Shown here: positions 1-12,304 of the stretch, one piece after another
Layout of the letters: each line of letters starts with the position of its first letter
Position numbering within the stretch: position 1 is the first letter of the stretch
From: a virus
Taxonomy: Duplodnaviria > Caudoviricetes
DNA: 64,000 bases
Direction: 5' to 3' (one strand)
IMG/VR virus record: IMGVR_UViG_3300029268_002499
Span: 765 to 64,764 of that record
Translations under genes and position numbers: made by a program
Notes under the pieces: generated by a model
What the model saw: only the letters and a program-made list of their open reading frames with translations
Told to the model about the DNA's origin: nothing
The model's database searches: none

Positions 1-100
1 TTGCTTTCAATTTATCAGATGTATATAGGGGCATTCCTTCTATTGTTCCGATTGATTTTAAGCCAACTGGTGAAACCCAAACTTCGTTAATTTTTTCCAT
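1..100 (-). CDS. hypothetical protein, 5' part only (runs off window edge)
   Basis: ATG at 100 on the minus strand with AGGAG RBS, directly after the terminase; reads MEKINEVWVSPVGLKSIGTIEGMPLYTSDKLKA and stays open to the edge. Confidence 0.6.
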   Translation of the reverse strand, partial: MEKINEVWVSPVGLKSIGTIEGMPLYTSDKLKA

Positions 101-104
101 GAAA

Positions 105-1823
105 TTAACTCCTATAATATTCTAGGGTATTTACAAAATTATTTGTGAAACTATCTGTTTCTTTTTTTGCTCTTTTTAAAACTCTTGCATTTAGATCAGC
201 CATATCAGATTCAAATTTGTCTGTATCCATAAGATCTTCTTCATCTGCATCAGCTTTATATTTAGCAAAAATATTTTTATCTGATGCATTCATCATAAGA
301 ATGTTTCTTAATTCTTCATTAATTTTTCCATCAGCTGCACTTAACATTAAAGGTGGGTCGTATTTTCTAACATAACAACAAAATGCTAAACTTAAAGCAA
401 TATCATCATTACATCCTGAATCAGCTTCAACTTTTCCACTTGGTTTTGTTATTAATCCAACTAATTCTAAAGCAAGTCTTTTTGATTTTACCATTTGTGG
501 GTATTGAGTTACATATGAATATAATGAATCTATCATCAATGGTCTTGTTTTTAAATCAGTTGTAATTCCTCTAACCATTGTATTTTCACTTTTTCTATAT
601 TTATAGAGCATTGAACCATATGGGCTTCTATCTAAATATTCTGCAATTTGATTTCCCAATGAATTATTTTCAGGAACAACAACACCAGGATACAATGCAC
701 AAGCATATTCAGCAACTTTACAGAAATCGGTAACTGGAAGTTTTCCTCTATATTCCCACATTTGATCTAATGTTTCATAATCCCATATGGTTATTGCTGA
801 CATATCAGTGCCATATTCTGAGGCTGTATCAATTCCAATAATATAATTTTTTCCAGAAATAGGTTTTTCAAAAGTCCAGCATTCACCATTAAATAGTTTT
901 TTCACTTCTACTATTTTTGTATTTTTAGTATATTCCTGTAATATTGTACAAGTATTTTCATCGAAGAAAGATCCTTCAATTGAAACAAATCTGAGATCCA
1001 ATTCTTGCCCAATCTTTTTATCATCATTATCGAACTGTTCACACATTTGTTTAAACCAAAATGGGTCATCAGCTAGTTCAGGAATATCTTTCCAATAATA
1101 TACAAAGCTTGAAAAACTTCCTTGTGTTCTATTTTCATCTTTTTCAATATTTAATGCATTACTGTATTTATTGAAAAAGAACTTTCCCATTCCAACTGTT
1201 CGATTTGGTGTGCTAACAATTGCTATTCCATAAGGAATATTAAGTTTTCTAGCATTTTTCTGTGCTGTTGAAACTGCTGGAATAATTGCAGTATAAGCTT
1301 CATCAAGTTTGTCAATAAATGCTGCCTCATCAATAATAAGCCAGGATAATGTTCTTCCTCTCAATGTTTTTGAAGGAGCTTTTGGATCTACAGTATTTGC
1401 AGTAACAGAACTACCATTTGTCAATTCAAAATATTGTTCACTTGCTTTTCTGAATCCTATACCTGCTGCTCCTTTTGGAGGTTTTAACCATGTTGGAAGT
1501 TTTTCTATCATTCCTCTAATTATTCTTGCAAATCTTGTAGATTCTCTTCCATCTTTAGATATAACACCAATATGTATATTTTCATGAAATACATCTAGCC
1601 ATGTACAAAGAGCTTGTATGACAGTGCTCAATCCAGTCTGTCTAGATTTTAAAGCAACTAGGAAATGGTCTTCTAATAGTTTTGTTATATATTCTTTCTG
1701 CTTATTATAGAGTTTAAATAATACCTCTTCGCCGGGAAGTTCAATTAGAATATAATGTTCAATGAAGTATATAGGATCCTTCTTACACCGAACGTATTCT
1801 GCAATTTGTTCTTCTCTTGTCAT
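105..1823 (-). CDS. terL: terminase large subunit (T4 gp17-like)
   Basis: N-terminal DPIYFIE, LYxxQ adenine motif, Walker A KSRQTGLST, Walker B LIIDEAAF, STP coupling motif, RNase H-like IGID...E...NDD nuclease residues. Confidence 0.95.
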   Translation of the reverse strand: MTREEQIAEYVRCKKDPIYFIEHYILIELPGEEVLFKLYNKQKEYITKLLEDHFLVALKSRQTGLSTVIQALCTWLDVFHENIHIGVISKDGRESTRFARIIRGMIEKLPTWLKPPKGAAGIGFRKASEQYFELTNGSSVTANTVDPKAPSKTLRGRTLSWLIIDEAAFIDKLDEAYTAIIPAVSTAQKNARKLNIPYGIAIVSTPNRTVGMGKFFFNKYSNALNIEKDENRTQGSFSSFVYYWKDIPELADDPFWFKQMCEQFDNDDKKIGQELDLRFVSIEGSFFDENTCTILQEYTKNTKIVEVKKLFNGECWTFEKPISGKNYIIGIDTASEYGTDMSAITIWDYETLDQMWEYRGKLPVTDFCKVAEYACALYPGVVVPENNSLGNQIAEYLDRSPYGSMLYKYRKSENTMVRGITTDLKTRPLMIDSLYSYVTQYPQMVKSKRLALELVGLITKPSGKVEADSGCNDDIALSLAFCCYVRKYDPPLMLSAADGKINEELRNILMMNASDKNIFAKYKADADEEDLMDTDKFESDMADLNARVLKRAKKETDSFTNNFVNTLEYYRS

Positions 1824-1835
1824 TTCTTTTGCCTC

Positions 1836-3095
1836 TTAAATGGTTTTGTTGGTTCTGCAAAGAATTATATTTGCAGTTGGTTTCCAGTTTCCTTCTGGTT
1901 TTGTTAATGAAATATCTGAAGCTTTTAAAATGTATTTTCCAGAATAATCAGTGTAATCAATTGTCATTGGATCAAATTTAACAGTTTCCCCTACTTTCAT
2001 TAAATTCATTAGGGGGAGATTTCTTTCTAACCTAATATTTATAGTTGACATTAATGCTACCTGTCTAGCTAATCTTGCGGTTGCTGCATAATTATTACTT
2101 CCATCAGAACTTCCAAGAAATGTATTCTTATAACTTACTCTATTTTCTACCATTGGATTATAATCAATATTTTTGTTTGAAGATATTAATCCATATTTTT
2201 GGCATACCTCATTGGTGTTGAGTTCATAATTAGAAAACAATGAGTTTAGAGGTTTGTATATATAAACATTTTTCATTGCTTTGGCTGCAAATACTGTATT
2301 CCCATGATATTTTGAAACAATATCTGTATAACAATAGAAGTTTTTTCCATCCATACACTTTTTGATTATGTTTTCATTTTCTGTTGAATCAACTGCAAGC
2401 TGATAAATTGTAAATGTTTGACTTTTATTCATTCTCCCTGAAAGATTTGATACATACAATATATTATCATGAGAGCAAAATCCCAAATTACAAGCACCAT
2501 TAAAAATACCATATAGATCATCTAAAAATTGAATAGATTTGTATAGTGTTGTTGGAGGAATCAAAACTTGTGGAATTACTTCAGTATTTAAATTTTCTGT
2601 ATCAAGAACAAGTGTAGATTGTGAATTATCTTTAACTAGTTTTTCCAATATTTCTTTGATTGTTTTTCCAATAAAAACATCATTAACTGTTGCAGATATT
2701 GTTTCAAAAGATTTCTTTGGAACAGTTGTAAATTGATATTCTCTTTTTTCTCTTGTCTTATTTATAGCTTGTTCTTTTGTAACACCAAATGTTGATGCAG
2801 ATGTTAACGATACAAGTTCAAGATTAAATTCATCAATAACAGATGCTTTATATGCGTCAACAGTTTCATTTCCTTTATATTGAATAGTTATCATTATTGA
2901 TTCTTTATCATAAATTCTTTCACGAATAATATCTGTCGGATCCAAAAGTAGACTAATGACGACTGTCGGATAAGCATTTACTACATTAGAAATTATACGA
3001 AGTGACTTTAAATCAGCTGTATAATCTAGTTTCGCAATTTTAACAAGAACTTTGAATCCAGTAGTTTGGACTAAAACAGCTTCTTTTTCTGGCAT
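1836..3095 (-). CDS. probable virion structural protein (baseplate hub/tail-like)
   Basis: Co-transcribed with terL behind an AACAAA late-type motif; C-terminal VGETVKF...YSGKYILK resembles baseplate hub (gp27/gpD-like) proteins. Confidence 0.4.
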   Translation of the reverse strand: MPEKEAVLVQTTGFKVLVKIAKLDYTADLKSLRIISNVVNAYPTVVISLLLDPTDIIRERIYDKESIMITIQYKGNETVDAYKASVIDEFNLELVSLTSASTFGVTKEQAINKTREKREYQFTTVPKKSFETISATVNDVFIGKTIKEILEKLVKDNSQSTLVLDTENLNTEVIPQVLIPPTTLYKSIQFLDDLYGIFNGACNLGFCSHDNILYVSNLSGRMNKSQTFTIYQLAVDSTENENIIKKCMDGKNFYCYTDIVSKYHGNTVFAAKAMKNVYIYKPLNSLFSNYELNTNEVCQKYGLISSNKNIDYNPMVENRVSYKNTFLGSSDGSNNYAATARLARQVALMSTINIRLERNLPLMNLMKVGETVKFDPMTIDYTDYSGKYILKASDISLTKPEGNWKPTANIILCRTNKTI

Positions 3096-3113
3096 ATGCT
3101 AAATCATTCCTTG

Positions 3114-3130
3114 TTTTTATTTTTGTTCTG
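3114..3130 (-). promoter_or_regulatory. putative late promoter motif (AGAACAAAAATAAA)
   Basis: Same motif recurs upstream of structural and endonuclease genes at about 18876, 22941, 24268, 25431, 32671, 34975, 51177, 51676, 54281, 60451. Confidence 0.55.
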
Positions 3131-3151
3131 AAATTTAATTACCGACTACGT

Positions 3152-3165
3152 TATATATATTAATT
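3152..3165 (+). promoter_or_regulatory. putative early promoter TATATATATTAATT (copy 1 of 13)
   Basis: Exact or near-exact 14-mer, always just upstream of an RBS in the same orientation. Confidence 0.75.
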
Positions 3166-3202
3166 TTTGAGAATAAATAGATTAGATTTTATTTTTTAAA
3201 AA

Positions 3203-3517
3203 ATGGAGGAAAAGGTAAGAATGAAGAACTTGAAAGATTGTAAGGGATTTTATGTAATTAATTCTCAGGAGGTATTTGAATGTTTCTTGAAGCTTCATGG
3301 GTGGGATCAAGAAAACTTCAAGAAAAGATCTGGGTTAGATTTCGAAAAAGTTAGAAATTGGTATTTTCACCTTCCAAAAGAACCTGAAGAACAGGTATTT
3401 GAGGAAGCAAAAGCAAAAAAAATAAACACCAACGGAAATTTGCTAGCACTTTTTCATAAAAATTTTTCAAAAGAAAAAGTTTATGATTACTACAAGTTGT
3501 ATATAAAGGAAGCCTAA
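3203..3517 (+). CDS. hypothetical early protein
   Basis: ORF between the early motif and a terminator hairpin. Confidence 0.7.
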   Translation: MEEKVRMKNLKDCKGFYVINSQEVFECFLKLHGWDQENFKKRSGLDFEKVRNWYFHLPKEPEEQVFEEAKAKKINTNGNLLALFHKNFSKEKVYDYYKLYIKEA

Positions 3518-3530
3518 CCGCTTCCTTTTT
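3505..3530 (+). terminator. intrinsic terminator
   Basis: AAAGGAAGC-ctaacc-GCTTCCTTT followed by T-run. Confidence 0.7.
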
Positions 3531-3563
3531 AATTTCAACAACAAAAAATGAAAGGAGATAGTC

Positions 3564-4559
3564 ATGGAAGACATTGAAGATCAAAGAAGACAAGAATTAA
3601 TTATAGAAAGGTATCCTCGTTATAGAAAAATTCGTGATGAGGAAAAAAAGAACGAATTTGAACATAAACACTTAACAGAAAAAGATATTTATGAAATAAA
3701 TCAGCAATTATGCATAGAATTTGGGTTTGGGAAAGATTCAATAAAGATAAATGAGTTATGCTGTGAAAAGGATCTTTCAAAATTTAATAATGTTCTTGAA
3801 TGGACAATCTATAACCATGAAGATCAAATAAGATTACAAGCTGAAGATGGAATGACATTAGAGCCATTTGAATTTCACAGATGGGCTTGTCCTGGTGATT
3901 GGTTTAGATTTATCGAGAATAAAAAAATGACATACGGAACAATGTATAATTTGTTTTGGTATGTTTATAACAGAGCTGTTGAGGATGTTCATGATTATGT
4001 GAATGAAAAGATTCCATATGACATAAAATGGAAAAAAACACCACACGATATAGATGAAAATGGAAAACCAATTACGTTCAGCGTAAATTTAAAAACAGTG
4101 ACAAAAACAAAGGGAATGGAAAAGGTTGTTGATGAAATAAATTATAGAGTAATGAATTTAGAAAATGATATTTGGTTTTACGAAATTCTAAATAAATGTA
4201 AATCTCTAGAATCTTTCACAGGTTATAGAATTAATTATGATAACGAATCTGGGGCATCTAAGGAATATGATCCATCTTCTGATTTTATATTCTGTAGTGC
4301 TGACGCTGCTAGAAGTGTTTCATTTACAAATTTTTTAGATGATTTTGAAAAAATTCAAAAAGATCCAGATAAATTAATGAATATAATTGATTATGCAAAA
4401 GATTATGTAAAAAACGAATTTGAAAAAGTCTACAATAAAGTGTTACAAGAATTTGAACAAGGAGAGTTGATTTTAACTCATAATAAGAAAAAAAGAAAAA
4501 TTCTTGGGCACACAGAATTTTTTGAGGATTTAAAGGACATTTACGATGGAGAAGACTAA
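3564..4559 (+). CDS. hypothetical protein
   Basis: 331-aa ORF with AGGAG RBS. Confidence 0.8.
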   Translation: MEDIEDQRRQELIIERYPRYRKIRDEEKKNEFEHKHLTEKDIYEINQQLCIEFGFGKDSIKINELCCEKDLSKFNNVLEWTIYNHEDQIRLQAEDGMTLEPFEFHRWACPGDWFRFIENKKMTYGTMYNLFWYVYNRAVEDVHDYVNEKIPYDIKWKKTPHDIDENGKPITFSVNLKTVTKTKGMEKVVDEINYRVMNLENDIWFYEILNKCKSLESFTGYRINYDNESGASKEYDPSSDFIFCSADAARSVSFTNFLDDFEKIQKDPDKLMNIIDYAKDYVKNEFEKVYNKVLQEFEQGELILTHNKKKRKILGHTEFFEDLKDIYDGED

Positions 4560-5259
4560 AAAAAGAAATTTACCAATCAATGTTGTTGTATCCATAACTT
4601 GCGATATTTGCAAAGACTCTTTTAAGAATGAAATTACATCAGTTGATGACATATGTAAATTTCAAGAAACAATAAGAATAAGGAAAGAGTGTGGTTATGG
4701 AAGTATTTTTGGTGATGGAAATTACATCTCTATCGATATTTGCGAAACATGTTTTAAAAAATTATTTGAAAAATACATTAGGAGGGATTATGAATGAAGA
4801 ATTCGTTTTAACTGTATGTGCTCCAATTGATGAAAACAACTATAGGGGTGTTTCATTTTGTAGTGGATTCGGTCTGAAAATAGGAAGATTTGATAGCACG
4901 AAAAACCATAATGAACAATCTTATCGAACAAAAGATATTTCAGCTCCTAATTTATTTATGTTGTGTAGGAAGCATAGGGAAGAAAATGCAGAATTGAGGT
5001 TTACCCCAGATCTTCCATATGGAAATTTTAATATTTTGCAAGAAAAAGATTTTATAATGATTAGTATAATGAAAGAAGGACTAACTATATACACTCTTTC
5101 AGTAGACGCTGTGTCAGAAATTTCAAAAATTACATATGATCAACTTGAGAACTCAGTTGGTAAAACTAAAACAAAAGATGTAAATGATATTGTAAGAGAG
5201 GTTTCCAATAAAATTAGTGATATTTTGTTTGAAAAATTGCCTGCAAAGGAGGTTTAAAA

Positions 5260-6549
5260 ATGAGAGTTATTTTTCAGGAACTCGAACAATTTATAAATGA
5301 AGCAAATGAAACGAATTCAACGCTTGATAAGATCAAAGTTCTTTCAAAATATAAAGAATTAAAACCTATATTTGTTTGGATATATGATACAATTAATTAT
5401 CAGTTTGGTGTTACATCTGCAAATGTAAAGAAAAACAAAAATCTCGGGGTTTCTAATTTTAGTGAAACTAATATAATTAATGTGTTATCACAGTTATCTT
5501 CAAGACAATACACTGGGCATGCCGCATTAATGTTAGTAAATTCATTAATTGAAAAAAATCCTGAACATGAAGAGCTGATTTATAATATTATCGATAGAAA
5601 TTTGAAAACAAGAATCGGTGTCGAAATAATAAATAAGGTCTGGCCAGGATTGATTCCTGTTTTTGATGTTGCTCTTGCTGTTTCACAAGAAGATGCTGGG
5701 GAAATCGATTTTACTAATAATAAATATTACGCATCAAGAAAATGTGATGGTGTGAGATGTTTAGCATTGGTGAACGAAGGAGAAACCAAATTATTTTCAA
5801 GACAGGGAAAAGAATTTGAAACTCTCAACAATTTAAAGAAAGCAATAAACGAATCAAAAGCTATAAGTACATATGTTCTTGATGGGGAAGTATGTCTAGT
5901 CGATAATCAAGGAAATGAAAATTTCCAAGGTGTAATGAAGGAGATAAGAAGAAAAAATCATAATATTGAAAAACCAGTTTATATGGTTTTTGATATTTTA
6001 AATCTTGAATGTTTTTTGAAAGGATATTTTGAATTGTCATTTGAAGAAAGATTGAAAAATCTACATCAACTTATTAAAGAGAATGAGAACATAAGAATTC
6101 TCGAACAAGTATTAATAACAAGCAATCCTGAACTTTTGGTAATGGTTGAAAAAGCGAGAGCCCTCGGTTGGGAAGGACTAATTTTAAGAAAAGCATCAAG
6201 TCCGTATGAAGGAAAAAGATCTAAAAACATGATTAAAATTAAAGACTTCAAAGATGCTGAGTTTGTTGTTAAAGATCTTGAATTTGGAAACATCCGATAT
6301 ATCCTCAATGGAAAAGAAGTTGAAGAAAAAATGTTAAGTAATGTTTTTATTGAATACAAGGAAAATCTTGTCGGGGTTGGAAGCGGATTTTCAATAGATC
6401 AAAGAAAAAGAGCCTATCATGAACCAGAATTCCTTCTTGGAAAACTGATAACTGTTTCCTATTTCAATGAAAGTATTAATGAGCATGGAAAATATTCATT
6501 GAGATTTCCAACAGTAAAGGCGATTCATGGAGAAAAAAGAGAAATCTAA
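5260..6549 (+). CDS. lig: ATP-dependent DNA ligase
   Basis: Motif I KCDG.R, LDGE, VFD, EGLILR, KIK, and OB-fold VGSGF and SLRFP. Confidence 0.95.
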   Translation: MRVIFQELEQFINEANETNSTLDKIKVLSKYKELKPIFVWIYDTINYQFGVTSANVKKNKNLGVSNFSETNIINVLSQLSSRQYTGHAALMLVNSLIEKNPEHEELIYNIIDRNLKTRIGVEIINKVWPGLIPVFDVALAVSQEDAGEIDFTNNKYYASRKCDGVRCLALVNEGETKLFSRQGKEFETLNNLKKAINESKAISTYVLDGEVCLVDNQGNENFQGVMKEIRRKNHNIEKPVYMVFDILNLECFLKGYFELSFEERLKNLHQLIKENENIRILEQVLITSNPELLVMVEKARALGWEGLILRKASSPYEGKRSKNMIKIKDFKDAEFVVKDLEFGNIRYILNGKEVEEKMLSNVFIEYKENLVGVGSGFSIDQRKRAYHEPEFLLGKLITVSYFNESINEHGKYSLRFPTVKAIHGEKREI

Positions 6550-7277
6550 ATTTAGTATAAGTGGTAAACTATCTTGTTTACCACTTTATAATAAGGAGGA
6601 ATTATGGATGAATTGTGGATGTGGTTAAGAATAATTTTCTTAATCGCTTTTTTTGGGGTGTGTATAAATGGATACCTTAAATGGAAGAAAGGAGAATACA
6701 ATGAACATTAATGATTTACCTGAAAAAGTTTTGATTGTTGAAAAAAGAAAAGATGGTTGGGGAACTGATATTCGAGCAAGATTTATTTGCGGATGTACAG
6801 ATTCTGGATGTGATGTTCATATAGACTTTGAATATAATATTGAAGACAAAACTCTAATTCTTATGTTTTATAAAAAATTAAAATGGCATGAGTCGTATAT
6901 GACAGAAAAAAACACATTTTTCGAAAGATTATCCGATAGGTTGTCAGAGTACAAGGAGAGATTTATCGTGGCATGTAGGGTTCTGTTTACGGGGTATATA
7001 GACGTTGAAAGCGATATTTTAATACATGGGGAAAAAGATATTAATTCGTTTATTGAACTTTTGACTCAATGTAAAGATTGGTGCCAAAAAGAGGATTAAT
7101 TTATGCAAACTGAGAGTGGAGAGTTCTGGTGTGATTTTTGCAAAGATGGTTGTTGCCTTGATCATTGGGTAATTTGCCCAAATTGTATGACAAGAATGCA
7201 AACTGAAAATTGGCAAGCAAAAAGAATAATAGAAGAATTAGAGGAAAAAATCAGAAAACTCGGGGAGGAAATTAAAA

Positions 7278-7712
7278 ATGAAAATAGTAATCAATAATAG
7301 CTATGGCGGCTTTGGTCTTTCAAAAAAGGCAATATTAAAATATTTGGAGTTGTGTGAAATAACACCATATTTCTACAAAAGAGATTCAGATACGCCAAGA
7401 TCTTTTTATGCGAAGATAACATCAGAAGAATATCTAAATAATAATAGACTACGAAAGTCAGTTATTATTTTAAAAAAAGATCTCGGTGATAACTTTTTAT
7501 GGGAGCCTGAAATAAATAAACAATACTTTTCAGATGATGATATAGAAAGAACAGACGAAAATCTTATAAAAGTTATTGAACTTCTTGGTCAACAAGCTAA
7601 TGGAAAATTCGCAAGTCTTAAAATAGTGGAAATCCCGGAGGATGTGGATTGGGAAATAACGGAAAACGATGGAATGGAGCAAGTATCTGAAAAACACAGA
7701 TCTTGGTATTGA
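7278..7712 (+). CDS. conserved phage hypothetical protein
   Basis: KIVINxxYGGFGLS...R.D..LI..IE...LKIVEIP...I.E.DG.E pattern common in large phages. Confidence 0.75.
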   Translation: MKIVINNSYGGFGLSKKAILKYLELCEITPYFYKRDSDTPRSFYAKITSEEYLNNNRLRKSVIILKKDLGDNFLWEPEINKQYFSDDDIERTDENLIKVIELLGQQANGKFASLKIVEIPEDVDWEITENDGMEQVSEKHRSWY

Positions 7713-7971
7713 AAATAAAGGAGGATAAAATGGTTGTTCTAAATGGCGAAGACCTTTCTTTTAATATATATTGCCACGAATGTGGAAAATATATTGAAAC
7801 TAAGAAATATATTACTGACTTAAAACCTTTTCAAAAAATATCTGGAGCTAGATATTGCTCTTCTGAATGTAAAGCATTTCATACTGACAAGGAATGGTTT
7901 GTAAACAATGAATATAAAAAACTAGTATTGGATAATACTGTGGCTATTAAAAAAACAATTGGAGGTAAAAA

Positions 7972-8352
7972 ATGATCAGTTCGTGGACGATTTATGGGCT
8001 TATTGTGTTAGGTAACTTTGGATTTTTGGTTGGGCTCACAGCTGTATTGCTCACATTTGGATTGATAATTGTTTCTGGTTATTATATTATGGAAACAACT
8101 TCTGATTATTCAAATAAAGATGATCTTAAAATAATAAAACCTATTATGAAAAAACTAGTAGCAGCAGTGGTTGTATTATGGTTATTGACTGCTTTGTGGC
8201 CTTCAACAAAAGAAATGGCAGCTATTTATCTAATTCCTAAAATAGCCAACAACGAGCATGTTCAAAAGATTCCTGATAAAGCATTGACTGTCCTAAATAA
8301 ATATTTAGATGAGTGGATTAAAGATCAAGTCTTTGATAAAAAGGAGAAATAA
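7972..8352 (+). CDS. membrane protein
   Basis: Two hydrophobic segments followed by PSTKEMAAIYLIP. Confidence 0.7.
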   Translation: MISSWTIYGLIVLGNFGFLVGLTAVLLTFGLIIVSGYYIMETTSDYSNKDDLKIIKPIMKKLVAAVVVLWLLTALWPSTKEMAAIYLIPKIANNEHVQKIPDKALTVLNKYLDEWIKDQVFDKKEK

Positions 8353-8582
8353 TATGGATCCCCAAACACATCAAACATTTGGTCTTATACAACAACAAAT
8401 AGAAACATTAGAAGAAAAAGTAGAAAAAATGCAAGATATCATTGATGATCTAGTAAAAACAATGGTTGAGGTAAACAATGGTATGCATATTTTACAGAAT
8501 TTTGCAGAAAGCATGTTGTTATTGTTGCCTAGTATAGATAGGAGAATTAACAGACTGGATGATAAATTAAAGGAAAAGGGTA

Positions 8583-9155
8583 ATGGCCCTTGGGGAGATC
8601 ATTAATATGAATATAGACAATAAGATTAATTTAGAGCAAATTACAGAAAATAAATATATAATAGAATATATTGAAGAATGTGGTGCTTGCAAAGCAACTG
8701 GTTTATATCAAGGTTTTGCAGAAAGTGGTGGCGCAGCAGTTGTTTGCAGTAGATGCAAAGGAACTGGAAAAGTAAAGGTAAAACAAGGCATAACAATATT
8801 CATAGAAAGAAAAGACAAAAAAGGAATAAAAAGAGTTTATTCTAATGCTGGAGGTTATGGTATTACAGACAAAGATATAAAAACAGACGAGGGCAAAGTT
8901 ATTCATTTTTCACAATATGGTGTTGAATATGATTTGTGGAAACAGGGGGAAGAACCAAAACCTATCGAAGAATTAATATGCCCATACTTAGAAACAAATC
9001 AAAATATGCAAGATAGTAACCATTTTGCCCATGATTTATACAGAAATTTTTGTAACAATAATACAAATTTAGGAAATAGAATAACTGAATGTAAACTTTA
9101 TGGAATTAAAGATAAATGTTGGAAAATATATTGGGAATTAAAAAGGAGAAAATAA
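8583..9155 (+). CDS. DnaJ-type zinc-finger-containing phage protein
   Basis: CGACKATG and CSRCKGTG (CxxCxGxG) motifs. Confidence 0.65.
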   Translation: MALGEIINMNIDNKINLEQITENKYIIEYIEECGACKATGLYQGFAESGGAAVVCSRCKGTGKVKVKQGITIFIERKDKKGIKRVYSNAGGYGITDKDIKTDEGKVIHFSQYGVEYDLWKQGEEPKPIEELICPYLETNQNMQDSNHFAHDLYRNFCNNNTNLGNRITECKLYGIKDKCWKIYWELKRRK

Positions 9156-11232
9156 ATGGAAAATAAAAAGTACATTATTGATTATGACTCAATGGTTATT
9201 TTTAATACCATTGAAGCAGTTAACGAAATGATCGCTCCTAAAGGAATTAAGATAATTATTGCAGATGAGGAGCATGATGGGGCTGAGGCTATTTACTTAG
9301 AAGAGATAGGAGAATAATATGTTTTGCAAAAAAGAAAAAAATGAACCTAGTATTAAAGTTAGTTATATAATAGAAAAAAATGGATTAAATCAATATCGTA
9401 TAGTTAAAAAATTTAGTAATAGCGGTAGAAATTATTATGTAGGAGAACATAAAACATTAAGTGATTATTCAAGTACAGCTAAAATGTTTTCTACATTAGA
9501 AGAAGCTGAAGATGAAATAAAATCTTATGCATGGGAAATAGTTAAAAAAATAGAAGGAGAATAAAAATGTATAGCAAAATATTTAAGGTTTGGAGAAATC
9601 AGTCAGAATCAGATAAAGCATTTCGAGTAGAGTTTGAAGCTCAATGTTCTTCTTATGAAGCAGATGTACTTTCATACTACATAGGTAAAGCAATATCTTT
9701 CTTGTCGAGAGATTGGAGTTCTCTACTTAAAGAGATATCAAAAGAGGAACCAATACAAAAACAAGAAAGAAAAACAGAAGTTTTATTTAAACTATTTTCA
9801 CGAGATGAATTCGTTGGTTATGAAAAATGGGATTGTAATTGGCGATATTGGAGTTATAGTCAACCAGGCCCTTTTGGTGCTAGACCTTGGAGCGGAGGAT
9901 ATATTCCACATGACTCAAAAATATTGATAGATAAAATTGAAGGAGAATGAAAATGAATAACCTAGAAATAATTTCATTAATTGGAATTGTTATAATTGCT
10001 ATTAATCTGGGGTTGATTTATTTTGCTGTAAGGGAACACACACAACTTAAGAAAATTAACAAGATACATACGGAAGCGTTGAGGGATAACATATCCCTAG
10101 AAAATAAGGCAGATGATCTCAATAGAAAATTAAAAACAATTGAGGATAAAGAAAAAGAAGAGAAAAAAGTTAAAATAAACGATTTGAAAATTGGAGATTC
10201 TATTATTGTCAAAAGTGCAACACCTAATAGCTTTTACGGTTATGGCATTACACACACTTTTTGTTTTGAAGGATTTGAAATAAGAGAAATAAGTCCAAGC
10301 AAACAATATATAAGACTTTATACAAATGAAAATAAAGAAGTTTGGAGGACTTTTGAATCATTGAATATTATGGAAGTTATTAAAAAGAAAGAACCATTTG
10401 TAGGAACTACCGGATGTTTTATAGAGGAAAGATAAGAAGGAGAATCTATGAAATGTAAAGATTGCCCAAATGACTTAGGATACAGATCAGGAATGCATTG
10501 GCCTCCTTATGTGGCAACCTGTGGATTAGGTAAAAATCAAGTGATATCAAAAAAAGGAGAACTATATAATAGAAAGTGTAAACGAAATTATATAGCAAAA
10601 TTAGTTCTTCCTAAAGATGTTGATTCTGATACAACAACAATGACTCTTCCTCCTTATGAAGGAGATAAGAAATTTACAGCTGTAATTGATAATATTGAGG
10701 AAATCACCAAGTTTAGAATTCCTTTAGCAACAAAAGGAGAGTATATGGCGGATGAAGATAAAATAAGGGATGACTACAAAAAAGAAACAAAAGAGGATGC
10801 TTATTGTTCATATAATGATGATGGTGGAAATTTTACTGATGATTATGTTCATTGGTTAGAGGATTCAGTTATAAATAAGAATGAAGAATTAAAACAGAAA
10901 AATGATTTGTTGGAAGAGATAAAAAAACATATAAATACTTATTTTAAAACAGCTAAATCAATAAGTGCTATAGACATCCTGAAAAAAATAGAACAGCAAA
11001 TGATTTTGTTACAATTATAAAGGAGAAATAAAATGGATGGGTATGAACTATTGGGAGAAGATAAAATTCCAAGATGCTGTGGTTCATGTAAATTTATACG
11101 ATATAGAGGACCTGACCATTATCATAAATTTGTAGATCCTCTACCTTTTTGCAAGAAAGAAGAAGAACTTATCTGTATTTTTGGTCTTTGTCTAAAATAC
11201 AAACCGAGTAAATTAATTTTTATAAAAGGAGA

Positions 11233-11754
11233 ATGAAAATGAAAAGGGAACTAGAAGATCAACTAAAAGAAAAATATCCAAAAACATTTAAAATTTTAAA
11301 TATTGGTCGCAAAGAAGATGCTCCATTTTGGGGAATACAAACTTGGGGATTTGAATGTGCAGATGGTTGGTTTGACATAATAAATCGACTGTGTGAAAAA
11401 ATTGAACCAATTATTGAACAACAGGAAAATCCTGATGATTATTATGTTGAACAAGTGAAAGAAAAGTTCGCTGGTTTAAGATTTTACATGAGTCTTCACG
11501 ATGAAAAAATTGAAGAGTGTATAAGACAAGCAGAAGAAGAATCGTTTAAAACTTGTGAATATTGTGGAAACCCTGGTGTGGTAAGAAGGGATGGGTGGTT
11601 AAAAACTATGTGTGATGCTTGTTATAAAGAAGATCAAGAACGAAAAATAAAAGATTCAATTGAATGGGTTGAAAAACAGCTCGAGGATAAAAGTCTTACT
11701 CCTGTGAAAAAAGATAAATTGTTAGAACAACTAAAAAAATTAAAAGGAGAATAA
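11233..11754 (+). CDS. conserved phage protein
   Basis: GW...QVKEKFAGLRFY...CEYCG...GW..T.C pattern typical of a widespread phage family. Confidence 0.7.
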   Translation: MKMKRELEDQLKEKYPKTFKILNIGRKEDAPFWGIQTWGFECADGWFDIINRLCEKIEPIIEQQENPDDYYVEQVKEKFAGLRFYMSLHDEKIEECIRQAEEESFKTCEYCGNPGVVRRDGWLKTMCDACYKEDQERKIKDSIEWVEKQLEDKSLTPVKKDKLLEQLKKLKGE

Positions 11755-12304
11755 AATGGGGAAAATTACACTTGCATTTTATGTCCAAAATCAGGGGGAT
11801 GGATCTGCTTCAGTAAGATTCTATGAATCTGAAGAAGTAGCTAAATTTGCAGAAGAATTTGATAATTTAGCATATGATTCAGGATGGGCCGAAAGCAGTG
11901 TTGATACAATTACACTGGAAGGGGATAACATAAAAGTTAGTGATGAAGACAGAAAATATATTCAATCAAAAGCTGACCTAATTGAAGAAATAAAAAGAGA
12001 TTTAGATAGTGATTGGATAGAGGAAGATGTTGTAGATCAAATAAAAGAATTATTGAAAGAACTTGAAGGAGACTCCACTGAGGAGGGCATGTGAAACAAG
12101 AAATGAATGGTAAGATAAAACATGCTTTTTGCCCAAAGTGCAAAAGTGATAATATGTATTATGAAGATCCCGTAATTAAAGAGGACAAACTTTATTATTA
12201 TTTCGAGTGCAACGATTGTGGGCAGACAGGTAAAGAGTGGTATAAAATAGCATTTTTAGCAGTTACATTTGATGGTGAGTAAACAAAAATAAATAGGAGG
12301 ATAT